A stretch of 64,000 bases of DNA from an uncultured Bacteroides sp. (GCA_947038155.1 CAMQVH010000013.1:317-64316); one strand, 5' to 3'. Shown: positions 29,992 through 40,795, counted from the first letter of the stretch. Numbers and translations: made by a program. Notes: generated from the sequence alone by a model not told the origin.

Positions 29992-31170
29992 ATGAAAACC
30001 TATTTGAAACAACTACTCATCCCTATTTTATCGGGATTGATAGTATGCAACTTTTATAGCTGTGATAGCGACGATGAACACACCGCTATTCCTATAGCTC
30101 CCATTCTAAAGGAAATAAAATTACCTTCGGAAAATGACATCATTCCCGGTCAGGTTGCACAAATCAACGGACTTGGTTTTGCGAAAGAAGATATAGTTTA
30201 TTTAAGTAACGCTACCAATCAGAAGGAAAAAGTAGAAGTCACGGAAGTCACAGATAGCTACTTAAAATTCATTATTCCGGTGGAAGCAGGCGGTGAGTAT
30301 AGCATAACAATTGAAAGAGCCGGTAAACAAACCGTTTTAAACGGGACGTTGAAAGTACCGTTCATTGTTCCAATTATTGATGTTGTTCTTCCTTCCGGCA
30401 ATGTGCAGCCCAAGAGCAAAGTCGAAATTCAAGGAAAGGGATTTGAAGCAGGAGACGTTGCCGTACTATATGCTTCCTTCTACCCGACCGGCATCGAATA
30501 TAATTTGCCATTAACCCTTAATGAGGAAGGAGTAGAATTTACACTTCCTGAAGGGTTATACGGAGTAAACTCCATTATGATTGTCAGGGGAGAACGAAAA
30601 AGTAATCTCGGAACAATCACTATCGAGACAAATGTAGGAGATAAACTGGGCGGAGGTGTTGTATTCTGGGTAGATGCAGCAAAAGCACACGGATATATCG
30701 TAAATATGAGTAATGTCGGTACGAATACGGAGCAATTCGGCCCGGAAAGAGAAGCATCAGATGCAGCCGGAACCAGCCAAAGTATGGGAAGCGGCTACAC
30801 GAACACTCAGAATATAGTGAAAAAGTTCAATGCATTACAAAGTGCCAACAATTGGCCGGAGTGGCAAGGAGTCAAAATCGCTGCCCAACTCTGTCTTGAC
30901 AATAGCGTTACAGTCGGGCAGATTACATACACAGACTGGTTTCTTCCTTCCCGAGAAGAATTGATTGAAATCTTCAAGGTGAAGAACTTATTGGCTGAGA
31001 AGGGAGTGAATATCCCCGCCAACAATTATTGGTCTTCAAGTGAAGGCGACGGCAATGATCCGGGTTGGTCTGCTTTCTATGTAAATTTCTACGAAGAAAG
31101 CAAGCTGATTTCCGAGAAGTGCTCAAAAAGCGGTTGGAAAATTGGTGTTCTTCCAATCCGGGCCTATTAA
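29992..31170 (+). CDS. Lipoprotein with two IPT/TIG-like domains and a C-terminal DUF1566 (Lcl/C-type-lectin-fold) domain
   Basis: FYSC+DSDDE lipobox; INGLGF and IQGKGF Ig-like repeats; GGGVVFWVD, DWFLPSREEL, YWSSSE, VLPIRAY. Confidence 0.7.
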   Translation: MKTYLKQLLIPILSGLIVCNFYSCDSDDEHTAIPIAPILKEIKLPSENDIIPGQVAQINGLGFAKEDIVYLSNATNQKEKVEVTEVTDSYLKFIIPVEAGGEYSITIERAGKQTVLNGTLKVPFIVPIIDVVLPSGNVQPKSKVEIQGKGFEAGDVAVLYASFYPTGIEYNLPLTLNEEGVEFTLPEGLYGVNSIMIVRGERKSNLGTITIETNVGDKLGGGVVFWVDAAKAHGYIVNMSNVGTNTEQFGPEREASDAAGTSQSMGSGYTNTQNIVKKFNALQSANNWPEWQGVKIAAQLCLDNSVTVGQITYTDWFLPSREELIEIFKVKNLLAEKGVNIPANNYWSSSEGDGNDPGWSAFYVNFYEESKLISEKCSKSGWKIGVLPIRAY

Positions 31171-31195
31171 CTAACAATTCTATAAAATAAGCGTC

Positions 31196-34141
31196 ATGAA
31201 AAAACACATCATATTATTTATAGCTATCTTTTTTGTCAGTGTATTACACGCACAGACAATCAACATTAGAGGAACCGTAACCGACACGAGTAATGAAACA
31301 TTGCCAGGTGTATCTATAACCATAAAAGGGACTCAAACAGGAACTGTAAGTGATGCAAACGGAAACTACAGTATCAAAGCCCAAAGAGGAAATGTTCTGG
31401 AGTTTACTTTCGTGGGCATGGTAAAACAATCTGTTACCGTAGGAAAGCAAAATATCATTAATATACAAATGGCAGCAGACGCCATTAACTTGGATGAAGT
31501 AGTGGCAATCGGTTATGGTATTGCCAAAAAGAGCGACTTGACGGGGGCCGTTGCCTCTATCAAATCAGAGAATCTTACAAACTCCAAAGTAGGAACAGTG
31601 ACAACTGCCTTACAAGGACTTGCCGCCGGTGTGCAAGTGACTACCGGCTCCGTAAAACCCGGTGGAGACGCTTCTGTCGTTATTCGTGGAGTAGGATCAC
31701 TCCGGGCTGGCAGCGAACCGTTATATATCGTCGACGGTATTCCCGTACAAGGAGGTTTGCAGGATTTATCTTCCGGTGATATTGAATCTATCGAAATTCT
31801 AAAAGATGCTTCTTCTGCATCTATCTATGGTTCGAGAGGTTCTAATGGCGTAGTACTCGTGACTACCAAGAAGGGTACAAGTGGAAAGGCCAAAATCTCC
31901 CTGAATGCCTCTTTCGGTACGCAAAAAATGCTCAACAAGCAAGATCTGATGAACGCACAACAATATTACGAATTAGTATCCATTGCCCAGCCCAACTACA
32001 AATGGACATCAGAAGAACTACGTTTGCTAAGCCGTGGCGAATCGACCGACTGGCAGGACGCAGTGACCCAAAACGGACAATATCAGAACTATAACTTCTC
32101 GATCTCCGGAGGAAAGAACGATATACAACACTTTTTAGGAGTAGACTGGTACGATCAGAAAGGCACGGTCAAGAACTCGTCTTTTAATAAGCTGACTGTT
32201 CGATATAATATGGATGCCAAATTAAACAAGTGGTTAAGATACGGTGTACGTTTCAATGTCATCGAGTCTAAACTAATGAATATCAACGAAGAGGCAGATT
32301 CGGGATACGGAACCATGTTCAGTGCCATTAGTTCACAACCAACAGCTCCTGTTTATACCGAAGACGGTGAATATTTCGACGGCTTCCTCAACACGAAAGC
32401 AAATCCGGTAGCCATAGTCGACTTGCTTGACAAAGCCACACTCAAGTCCAGATTCGTAGGTTCCGCCTACATTGAGATAGAACCGATAAAGAACCTGAAA
32501 TTACGTTCCGACAACGGTGGAGAACTTGTCTTTTACAAAGTAAATACGTATGAGGACGGACGTATGGGACAACATTATACGGCCGGCGGCCATGCCAATG
32601 TAATATCGAATAAAAAAAGATACTGGCAAACTGAAAACACTGCCACTTATTCATTTGACATTAACAAAGAGCATCAATTCTCTGCAATGGCAGGTTTCTC
32701 CGCTTCCAAAACAGAGTATGAAGAAGTAACCGCCGACTCCAAAAAGTTGTCATCCATTCTCAAGTACTACAATTTGCAAGGAGCGGAAGAACATGGACCG
32801 AACTCTTCGTATGCAGTCCCTTCTTCCCTAGTGTCTTTCTACGGACGATTCAATTATAATTTCAGCAATCGCTATCTGGCAACATTAACCATGCGCGGCG
32901 ACGGTTCTTCCCGTTTTGCACCGGGACACAGGTGGGGATTCTTCCCGTCACTAGCACTTGCATGGCGTGCCTCTGAAGAAAGTTTCATTAAAGAAAACGC
33001 TCCGATCATCAGCAACCTGAAGTTAAGAATCAGTGCCGGAAAATTGGGTAACCAGAATATCGGAGATTTCGCCTATGCTCCGACAATCGCCCTAGGAAGT
33101 GCTTCCGCCAATTACGTTTTAGGCAATAACCTGGTAACCGGTTCCGTACAAACTTCTATTTCGAATCCGGAACTGACTTGGGAAAAAGCCAACCAATTAG
33201 ACTTAGGTATTGACTTCGGGTTATTCAACAACCGGATAGCCGGTACAATCGAGGCTTATTACAAGCGTACGACTGACTTGCTATGGGAAGTACCCCTTCC
33301 GTTGGAATCCGGCTTCGGCACTTCACTTACCAATATCGGTAAAATTGATAATAAAGGTATAGAATTTACGCTGAACACAGTCAATATCAGTACTAAAGAC
33401 TTCTTATGGACAACAGCCTTCATGATTTCTTATAATAACAATAAAATCAAAGAACTTTATGACGGCAAACAAGATGTCAATAAATCATTGTTTGTAGGGC
33501 GTCCTATCGGTCAGTTCTACTTACTGAAATCCGAAGGTATCTGGCAAACGAACGAAGCACCCGAAGCTGCCAAATATAACGCCCAACCCGGTGACCGCAA
33601 GATTCTGGATTCTAAGAAAGACTATGTCATCAACGGAGAGGACCGTGATTTCTGCGGAGTTTCCACGCCCAAATATTACGGTAGCTTTACCAATACGTTC
33701 TCATACAAAGGTATTGACCTTACCGCATTCTTCACTTTTGCAGGAGGACATAAAATCAATAATTCACTGAACCGTTACCTCAATTCTTTCAATGTATGGG
33801 GAAACATGAGTGAAAACTATTACAAATATTATTGGAGACAAGACAGGCCGAATAACAAATATCCTGCCCCACGAGTTGGCAGTGCTTATGCAAATGGAGA
33901 CGGAACGGATGCCAATCTACAAAAAGGGGATTACCTGCGTCTCCGTAATCTGGAAATTGGTTATAGCTTGCCGAAAAGTGTCATCAGAAATATCAAAGCT
34001 TCAAATATCAGGGTTTATTTCTCTGTACAGAATCTATTCACAGCTACAGAGTTTACAGGATTTGACGTAGAGTCCAGCGACAATACCAATCCTTACCCGA
34101 ATGCCCGTAGCTTTATCGGTGGTATTTCTCTTAACTTCTAA
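31196..34141 (+). CDS. susC: SusC/RagA TonB-dependent transporter (RusC-like)
   Basis: PLYIVDG, IESIEILKDASSASIYGSRGSNGVVLVTTKKG, LTWEK, C-terminal YPNARSFIGGISLNF. Confidence 0.96.
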   Translation: MKKHIILFIAIFFVSVLHAQTINIRGTVTDTSNETLPGVSITIKGTQTGTVSDANGNYSIKAQRGNVLEFTFVGMVKQSVTVGKQNIINIQMAADAINLDEVVAIGYGIAKKSDLTGAVASIKSENLTNSKVGTVTTALQGLAAGVQVTTGSVKPGGDASVVIRGVGSLRAGSEPLYIVDGIPVQGGLQDLSSGDIESIEILKDASSASIYGSRGSNGVVLVTTKKGTSGKAKISLNASFGTQKMLNKQDLMNAQQYYELVSIAQPNYKWTSEELRLLSRGESTDWQDAVTQNGQYQNYNFSISGGKNDIQHFLGVDWYDQKGTVKNSSFNKLTVRYNMDAKLNKWLRYGVRFNVIESKLMNINEEADSGYGTMFSAISSQPTAPVYTEDGEYFDGFLNTKANPVAIVDLLDKATLKSRFVGSAYIEIEPIKNLKLRSDNGGELVFYKVNTYEDGRMGQHYTAGGHANVISNKKRYWQTENTATYSFDINKEHQFSAMAGFSASKTEYEEVTADSKKLSSILKYYNLQGAEEHGPNSSYAVPSSLVSFYGRFNYNFSNRYLATLTMRGDGSSRFAPGHRWGFFPSLALAWRASEESFIKENAPIISNLKLRISAGKLGNQNIGDFAYAPTIALGSASANYVLGNNLVTGSVQTSISNPELTWEKANQLDLGIDFGLFNNRIAGTIEAYYKRTTDLLWEVPLPLESGFGTSLTNIGKIDNKGIEFTLNTVNISTKDFLWTTAFMISYNNNKIKELYDGKQDVNKSLFVGRPIGQFYLLKSEGIWQTNEAPEAAKYNAQPGDRKILDSKKDYVINGEDRDFCGVSTPKYYGSFTNTFSYKGIDLTAFFTFAGGHKINNSLNRYLNSFNVWGNMSENYYKYYWRQDRPNNKYPAPRVGSAYANGDGTDANLQKGDYLRLRNLEIGYSLPKSVIRNIKASNIRVYFSVQNLFTATEFTGFDVESSDNTNPYPNARSFIGGISLNF

Positions 34142-34154
34142 AAACAGAAACATT

Positions 34155-35570
34155 ATGAAAAAATATTTATCAATATTAGCCTTCAGTTGCCTGACATTAT
34201 GCAGTTGCAACAACTTTCTTGATTTGACTCCTCAAAGTGTATTAACTCCGGAAAATGCTTATGAGAAACCGGAAGACTGGCAACAAACTCTTTATGCTGC
34301 TTACGGCACACTTCAGGAAGTATTTGTCGGAAAATATACCATCACCCTTACTGAATTCGGAACTGATGAAGTTATTCCGTTTGATATGGGATGGGCGGCT
34401 TATTCAGAGTTACATTATTATACATTCTCCGCTTCACACGGATTCCTGGATAATCACTACCGACTCTGCTATGAAGGTATCAAACGCTGTAATGCAGTAA
34501 TCGACATGCCTTCGGATGCAGTAAGTTCGGATCTCCACAGTTCCATGATTATGCAAGCCCGTTTCTTAAGAGCGATCTACTATTTCGACTTGGTCAGAAT
34601 GTATGGCGGTGTTCCTTTATGGACAAAGTCATCCATTGACAGAAGTGAAATCATGAGACCCCGTGCCACGGTTGACGAAGTATATACACTGATTACTCAG
34701 GATATGGAAGCTGCCCTCGGACTTCCGGGTTCCTGGCCGGATGCACAAGATAAAGGAAGAGCTACGTCTTACGCAGCCCAAGCTTTGCTGGCACGCATTT
34801 ACCTTCAGTGGGGAAAACCTGCCGAAGCATTAAAATACTGCCGGATGCTCGAAGGAAAATTCAAGCTATACGATAATCTTAAAGATATATTTGATCCCAA
34901 AAACAAGAATCAGGAATATGAAAATATATTCGAAATACAATTCAAGCATTCCGGCTCGTGGGGGTTGGAAGGCAGTATCCAACATTCTTACTGGGGACCT
35001 CGCAATGTAGGCGGTCCAACTAACTTCGGCGGTTGGGGCGGATTTGGTCCGACACAATATTTATACGATTCTTATGACAACGCTGATAAACGTAAAAAGG
35101 CATTCTTCATCACAGAATATGCAGGTGTCGCCCAAACTCCCCCTTCTTCCGGCAAATTTTGGGACGCCGAGACTGGTAATGTGATTGAAGATGATAATCT
35201 GAATTTTACTATGATTCGTTATGCGGATGTACTTTTGATGAAAGCTGAAGCACTGAACAGCATAGATGACACAAGTAATGATAAATATAATGCCTTGAAT
35301 GAAGTACGAAACAGAGCGGGACTGACTTCCATTACAGCAGCCGACAACCTGAATAAAGAGCAGTTTGCCGAAGTCGTACTGGAAGAAAGATTGCACGAAT
35401 TATGTTGTGAACACCTGCGTCGTTGGGACCTGATCCGCTTCGGAAAACTGGCCGAATACATGAAAGACCACGCCGGAGTCACCATTCAGCCCTATCATGT
35501 TCTATACCCGATTCCACAGGCCGCCGTTGATGCCAATGATGCTATCACAGAAAATAACGAAGGATATTAA
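34155..35570 (+). CDS. susD: SusD/RagB family lipoprotein (RusD-like)
   Basis: Start at ATG 34155 (MKKYLSIL...CSC); ARFLRAIYYFDLVRMYGGVP, IRYADVLLMKAEA, ERLHELCCE...WDLIRFG, NNEGY. Confidence 0.95.
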   Translation: MKKYLSILAFSCLTLCSCNNFLDLTPQSVLTPENAYEKPEDWQQTLYAAYGTLQEVFVGKYTITLTEFGTDEVIPFDMGWAAYSELHYYTFSASHGFLDNHYRLCYEGIKRCNAVIDMPSDAVSSDLHSSMIMQARFLRAIYYFDLVRMYGGVPLWTKSSIDRSEIMRPRATVDEVYTLITQDMEAALGLPGSWPDAQDKGRATSYAAQALLARIYLQWGKPAEALKYCRMLEGKFKLYDNLKDIFDPKNKNQEYENIFEIQFKHSGSWGLEGSIQHSYWGPRNVGGPTNFGGWGGFGPTQYLYDSYDNADKRKKAFFITEYAGVAQTPPSSGKFWDAETGNVIEDDNLNFTMIRYADVLLMKAEALNSIDDTSNDKYNALNEVRNRAGLTSITAADNLNKEQFAEVVLEERLHELCCEHLRRWDLIRFGKLAEYMKDHAGVTIQPYHVLYPIPQAAVDANDAITENNEGY

Positions 35571-35587
35571 CATAAATCATTTAGCAC

Positions 35588-37210
35588 ATGAAAAAATTTA
35601 TTTTTATCACAGGACTATTGATGAGTATCTTCTTTTATTCATGCAAAGAAGAAGACCATGGCATACTTCCTCCCATTGAAGGAGGAGGAACAGTAGAAGT
35701 TAAAGACGGAAGAGTTACAATCAATCCGGCAGAATATCTTCATGCGATACGAAACCCGATGAAAGGATTACGCGAATTCTTCGGCCCGGGATATGATAAA
35801 GTAAGAGATGAATATCCATATCCTTACGGTTCTATCATTAAAGAATATATGCAATGGAATATGCTGGAAGACAACGAAAGCGACGGCGTCGACAAGATTA
35901 TAGCTTACAGCAACCACAGGTGGCAAGGAGTAGAAGATATAAATGTCAAGGTTATCCCACGCATTTATATCGTATGGATGGAACCCTGGCACGGTGGATA
36001 TGCCAAGAATACTTATACCAACAACCCCGACGATTTGAACGGTTGGCACTGGCCCAGCGATATTCCGGGAGAGACATATGACGAAGACAATCTTAACGTC
36101 CCTATTATCGGGGGCTACTGCCACCCTACCTTTCAGGAAAGAGTGAAGAAACTGGTAGAGAAAGCCGGACAGGCATGGGACAATGACCCCAGGGTAGCCT
36201 ATGTAGAAATGGGAATTATCGGTGAGTTCGGGGAACATCACGACCCGGATATCACCACAGTATGGGCACCTCATGACCAACCCAATCATGTAGAGAACCG
36301 TACTTGGCTGCCGGGTATTGAAAAAGTATTGGGAGATGCCTTTACCACCGCTTTCAAGAACAAAAAGGTAATGGTGCGCTATGCTTATGAATTTAAAGAT
36401 TATGAATTCGGAATCTATTGGGATTCATGGGCTATCGATGAAGAAATAAAGCGCGGCTACGAAGAAATGAAAAAGTTAGGCGATCGCTGGAAAACCCAGC
36501 CCATAGGCGGAGAAATCACCTGGAACTGGGGAAGTCTTTATAAATTCAAATCTTTTGAAGAAGTAGTGGCAGATGCCAAAACGCAAGACCTCGTCATTCA
36601 GCAAATACGTGATCTGCATTGCAACCACTTAGGAGGTATCACTTGGGCTAATTTCAATGACCCGACTTTCGAACCCAATGCAGAATTACTACAAAAGACA
36701 ATGGGTTACCGCTTTCTTTTGTCCAATTTCAACTATCCGACAAATATCAAGCCGGATGAACCATTCAAAATATCATTTGACGTAGTTAATACAGGCTCGT
36801 CACCTTTTTATTATGACTGGCCGGTAGAAATAGCCTTGCTAAACTCCCAAACGAAGGAAGTTGTATGGAGTAAAACATTGAAAACTCCTAAAATATCACA
36901 ATGGATGCCGGGAGACAACTGGAATAATTCGGCGAAAGTCTATACCCAACCTGCCGAAACGAATCATATTGAAGAAGAACTGACCCTAGACAAAAAACTG
37001 GATACAGGAGATTATATCATCTCTATTTCCATATTAGACCCGTCCGGCATGCTTCCTTCATTAAGATTTGCCATTCAGAATTATTTTGAAGGAGGACGTC
37101 ACCCCATGGGACATATCGGTGTCAATACGGAACCCGTATATTTTGAGATTCCGACCGACGGTTTCGATGATATGAGACAGGATAAAACTCTGAAATATAA
37201 AATCCAATAA
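35588..37210 (+). CDS. DUF4832-like lipoprotein, putative TIM-barrel glycoside hydrolase
   Basis: FYSC+KEED lipoprotein signal; NPMKG, WDNDPRVAYVEMGIIGEFGEHH, PIGGE, MGYRF, NTGSSPFY. Confidence 0.7.
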   Translation: MKKFIFITGLLMSIFFYSCKEEDHGILPPIEGGGTVEVKDGRVTINPAEYLHAIRNPMKGLREFFGPGYDKVRDEYPYPYGSIIKEYMQWNMLEDNESDGVDKIIAYSNHRWQGVEDINVKVIPRIYIVWMEPWHGGYAKNTYTNNPDDLNGWHWPSDIPGETYDEDNLNVPIIGGYCHPTFQERVKKLVEKAGQAWDNDPRVAYVEMGIIGEFGEHHDPDITTVWAPHDQPNHVENRTWLPGIEKVLGDAFTTAFKNKKVMVRYAYEFKDYEFGIYWDSWAIDEEIKRGYEEMKKLGDRWKTQPIGGEITWNWGSLYKFKSFEEVVADAKTQDLVIQQIRDLHCNHLGGITWANFNDPTFEPNAELLQKTMGYRFLLSNFNYPTNIKPDEPFKISFDVVNTGSSPFYYDWPVEIALLNSQTKEVVWSKTLKTPKISQWMPGDNWNNSAKVYTQPAETNHIEEELTLDKKLDTGDYIISISILDPSGMLPSLRFAIQNYFEGGRHPMGHIGVNTEPVYFEIPTDGFDDMRQDKTLKYKIQ

Positions 37211-37222
37211 CCAATAAACTTA

Positions 37223-39778
37223 ATGAAATCGAGCATCAAAAACATATTACTCCTAATGCTATTCGGCACGATGTCTGCATGCAGCGAACAAACTGTTACG
37301 GTTTCTTATCAGGAATACCCGAATGCATTCAGGAATCCGATGAAAGGATTTAGGGAATTCTTCGCCCCCGGTATCGACCGGGTCAGGGAAGAATATCCCT
37401 ACCCTTATGGTTCACTGACAAAAGAATATATGCAATGGAATATGATCGAAGACGACGCCAATGACGGAGTAGACAAGATTATCGCTTACAGCAATCATCG
37501 CTGGAAAGGAGTAGAAGATATAAACGTCAAAGTAATTCCCCGGGTTTTTCTTGTATGGTTGGAACCCTGGCATGGCGGAAAGCCTAAAGACCCAACTAAT
37601 CCAGATGACTTGACCGGTTGGCACTGGCCCAAAGGAATAGCTCCGGAAACAGGCCCTTATAAGCAAAGGCTAAACTCCGTAGCCGCCTATGTAGAAGAAA
37701 AAGACAAAAATACCCCCATTACCGGGGGGTACTTTGACCCTTCTTTTTCTGAACGCGTAAAAAAACTTGTAGAGAAACTCGGACAGGCATGGGACAACGA
37801 TCCGCGGGTGGCATATGTAGAAATGGGGATTATCGGCGAATGGGGAGAACACCATGACCCGGATCTCTCAACTTACTGGGCTCCGCACGACGAACCGGAT
37901 CACGTAGCTAACCGGACATGGATTCCGGGTATGGAGAAGATTCTGGGAGATGCCTTCGCCAAAGCATTCAAGAACAAAAAAGTAATGGTTCGTTATGCCT
38001 ATGAATTTAAAGATTATGAATTCGGGATTTACTGGGATTCATGGTCTCAACCCCAAGAGATTGTAAGAGGTTATGAGGAAATGAAGAAATTAGGTGACCG
38101 CTGGAAAACCCAGCCCATAGGCGGAGAAATTACCTGGAACTGGGGAGACCTTGCCCGATTCAAGTCTTTTGAAGAAGTGGTGGCAGATAAGGATACCCGG
38201 GAATATGTCATGGAACAGATCCGGAACCTGCACTGTAATCATTTAGGCGGAATCACCTGGGCAGACTTCAACGACCCGGAATTTCAGAAAAATGCAGAGA
38301 CACTGCAAAAAGCTATGGGATACCGGTTCGTCATCAATGAGTTCTCTTATCCGAAAGAAATAAAAGAGGGAGAACAATTCCCTGTTTCTTTCAAGGTCAT
38401 CAACACCGGCTCATCGCCATTCTATTATAACTGGCCGGTAGAAATAGCTTTACTAGACCCTGAAAGTCATCAAAAAGTGTGGGGGCAAATATTGGAGGGA
38501 GTAAACATCTCCGAATGGATGCCGGGAGATAATTGGTCTTTAGATGAACATAAATACCAAACGGCTCCGGAAACTTACCACATCCGAAAGAATATTTCTA
38601 TTGACGCCCCCATTGCCAAGGGAAAATATATCCTGGCTTTAACGGTGCTCGATCCGGCCGGCATGCATCCTTCACTCCGATTTGCCAATGAGAATTATTT
38701 CGAAGGCGGTTATCACCCAATGGGCTATATCGGTATTGATGAATCAGTGTCCGATACCCGTCTGAATCCGGATTTATTCTTCGACATTCAAAGTGACAAG
38801 TCTTTAAAATATCAACTCAAACAACCTGTTCCTGTGATATTCGACACAGATGTCGGCAATGACATTGACGACGTGCTGGCTATGCAAATGCTATTCAACT
38901 ATGAGAAAGCCGGGAAAATAGATCTGCTAGGTATCACAATCAGCAAGTCCAATCCTTATTCAATTGAATATATTGACGGATATTGCCGCCTCAACGAAAG
39001 GGGAGACATTCCATTGGGATATGCATACAACGGAGCTACTCCCGAAGACGGAGGTTATCTCCGCCAGACCTTGGATACTATTATTGAAGGCAATAAAATA
39101 CTGTATCCTCAAAGAAGTATCAAAGACAATCTGCCGGAAGGATATAAGTTATTACGGAAATTGCTGGCTTCACAACCAGATAATTCCGTGGTATTTATTG
39201 CCGTAGGACCGGAAACGAATCTTTCACGCCTGCTACACTCGGAAGCCGACGAGTATAGTCCTTTGGACGGCAAATCACTCGTTGCCCAAAAAGTGAAGCT
39301 ATTGTCCGTAATGGGAGGACTCTATGGGAACGAGTTCGATTTCCCAGAATGGAATCTAGTGCAGGATATAAATGCCGCACAAACCGTATTCAGTGAGTGG
39401 CCTACTCCGGTCATTGCAAGCGGTTGGGAACTAGGCAACAAATTATTGTATCCACATCAGAGTATCCTGAATGATTTTCCGGATGGTTACAAACATCCTC
39501 TTTGTGTATCTTACCAGATATATGACAAAATGCCATACGACAGGCAAACTTGGGATTTGACCTCTGTCCTACAAGCCATAGAACCGGAAAAAGACTACTT
39601 TGAACTGTCAACAAAGGGAACGATTACAATAGACAGTGTAGGACACAGTCTATTTAATGCGTCAGACAAAGGACAACATCAATATCTTATGATTCAAGGA
39701 AAAGAAAATATTCAAAGAACATTAGATGCCATTGTCCGCCAGGTGACAGGGAAAGAAGAAAAGAATATAAATCAATAA
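37223..39778 (+). CDS. Fusion: DUF4832-like putative GH plus C-terminal nucleoside hydrolase
   Basis: The first ~535 aa are a paralog of 35588..37210. The C-terminal part has IFDTDVGNDIDD, VGPETNL, MGG, EWN and WD motifs of the IU-nucleoside hydrolase family. Confidence 0.85.
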   Translation: MKSSIKNILLLMLFGTMSACSEQTVTVSYQEYPNAFRNPMKGFREFFAPGIDRVREEYPYPYGSLTKEYMQWNMIEDDANDGVDKIIAYSNHRWKGVEDINVKVIPRVFLVWLEPWHGGKPKDPTNPDDLTGWHWPKGIAPETGPYKQRLNSVAAYVEEKDKNTPITGGYFDPSFSERVKKLVEKLGQAWDNDPRVAYVEMGIIGEWGEHHDPDLSTYWAPHDEPDHVANRTWIPGMEKILGDAFAKAFKNKKVMVRYAYEFKDYEFGIYWDSWSQPQEIVRGYEEMKKLGDRWKTQPIGGEITWNWGDLARFKSFEEVVADKDTREYVMEQIRNLHCNHLGGITWADFNDPEFQKNAETLQKAMGYRFVINEFSYPKEIKEGEQFPVSFKVINTGSSPFYYNWPVEIALLDPESHQKVWGQILEGVNISEWMPGDNWSLDEHKYQTAPETYHIRKNISIDAPIAKGKYILALTVLDPAGMHPSLRFANENYFEGGYHPMGYIGIDESVSDTRLNPDLFFDIQSDKSLKYQLKQPVPVIFDTDVGNDIDDVLAMQMLFNYEKAGKIDLLGITISKSNPYSIEYIDGYCRLNERGDIPLGYAYNGATPEDGGYLRQTLDTIIEGNKILYPQRSIKDNLPEGYKLLRKLLASQPDNSVVFIAVGPETNLSRLLHSEADEYSPLDGKSLVAQKVKLLSVMGGLYGNEFDFPEWNLVQDINAAQTVFSEWPTPVIASGWELGNKLLYPHQSILNDFPDGYKHPLCVSYQIYDKMPYDRQTWDLTSVLQAIEPEKDYFELSTKGTITIDSVGHSLFNASDKGQHQYLMIQGKENIQRTLDAIVRQVTGKEEKNINQ

Positions 39779-39788
39779 AGAAAAAGCC

Positions 39789-40793
39789 ATGTTTATAGTC
39801 AATAGTTATACACTAGCCATTATCTTTTGCTTCATAACCATGATATGTTGGGGTTCCTGGGGTAATACCCAGAAACTGGCCAGCAAGAACTGGCGTTATG
39901 AGCTTTATTACTGGGATTATACGATCGGTATCTTATTATTTGCCTTACTTCTGGTTTTCACCCTCGGAAGTTTCGGAGATTCGGGAAGAGGTTTTCTGGA
40001 AGATATCCGGCAAGTAGATGCCAGATACATAGTCAGTGCCTTGATCGGAGGAGTTATTTTCAATGCTTCCAACATCTTACTTTCAGCTTCGGTCTCCATT
40101 GCCGGAATGGCGGTTGCTTTTCCGTTAGGTGTAGGACTTGCCTTGGTCCTGGGTGTGTTCATCAACTATTTCAGCACTCCTAAAGGAGACCCGTTCTGGT
40201 TGTTTACAGGAGTAATCCTGATTGTTATCGCTATCATCTGCAATGGGATAGCGGCAGGCAGGCAACAGAAAGAGGGGAATAATAATAGCAAGAAAGGGAT
40301 TATTCTTGCGGCTATTGCCGGCATACTTATGTCCTTCTTCTACCGTTTTGTAGCTGCTGCCATGGACCTTAACAATTTTGACTCTCCTACTCCGGGCATG
40401 GCTACTCCATACACCGCTTTCTTTATATTCTCAATAGGTATCTTCCTGAGCAACTTCCTGTTCAATACAGTTGTTATGAAACGTCCGTTTGTAGGAACTC
40501 CGGTAAGCTATAAAGAATATTTTGCAGGAAAAGCAGCCACACATCTGGTAGGAATCCTCGGAGGATGTATATGGGGATTGGGAACAGCTTTAAGCTATAT
40601 AGCCGCAGGAAAAGCGGGAGCTGCCATCTCCTACGCTCTCGGTCAGGGAGCACCTATGATTGCCGCCTTATGGGGGGTATTTATATGGAAAGAGTTCACC
40701 GGTAGTTCCAAATCAACCGACAGGCTTTTAGGAATCATGTTTATTCTGTTCATCACAGGATTATCATTCATCGTTTTATCCGGAGGAAACTAA
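39789..40793 (+). CDS. DMT/GRP-family sugar permease (RusT-like)
   Basis: About 10 TM helices; CWGSWGNTQK, WRYELYYWDY, AISYALGQGAPMIAALWGVFIWKEF. Confidence 0.8.
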   Translation: MFIVNSYTLAIIFCFITMICWGSWGNTQKLASKNWRYELYYWDYTIGILLFALLLVFTLGSFGDSGRGFLEDIRQVDARYIVSALIGGVIFNASNILLSASVSIAGMAVAFPLGVGLALVLGVFINYFSTPKGDPFWLFTGVILIVIAIICNGIAAGRQQKEGNNNSKKGIILAAIAGILMSFFYRFVAAAMDLNNFDSPTPGMATPYTAFFIFSIGIFLSNFLFNTVVMKRPFVGTPVSYKEYFAGKAATHLVGILGGCIWGLGTALSYIAAGKAGAAISYALGQGAPMIAALWGVFIWKEFTGSSKSTDRLLGIMFILFITGLSFIVLSGGN

Positions 40794-40795
40794 TT

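Noticed and set aside
30634-31170. Diversity-generating retroelement target (DUF1566 C-terminus)
   Set aside because: I see no reverse transcriptase and no template repeat in the window; targeting in trans cannot be judged here.
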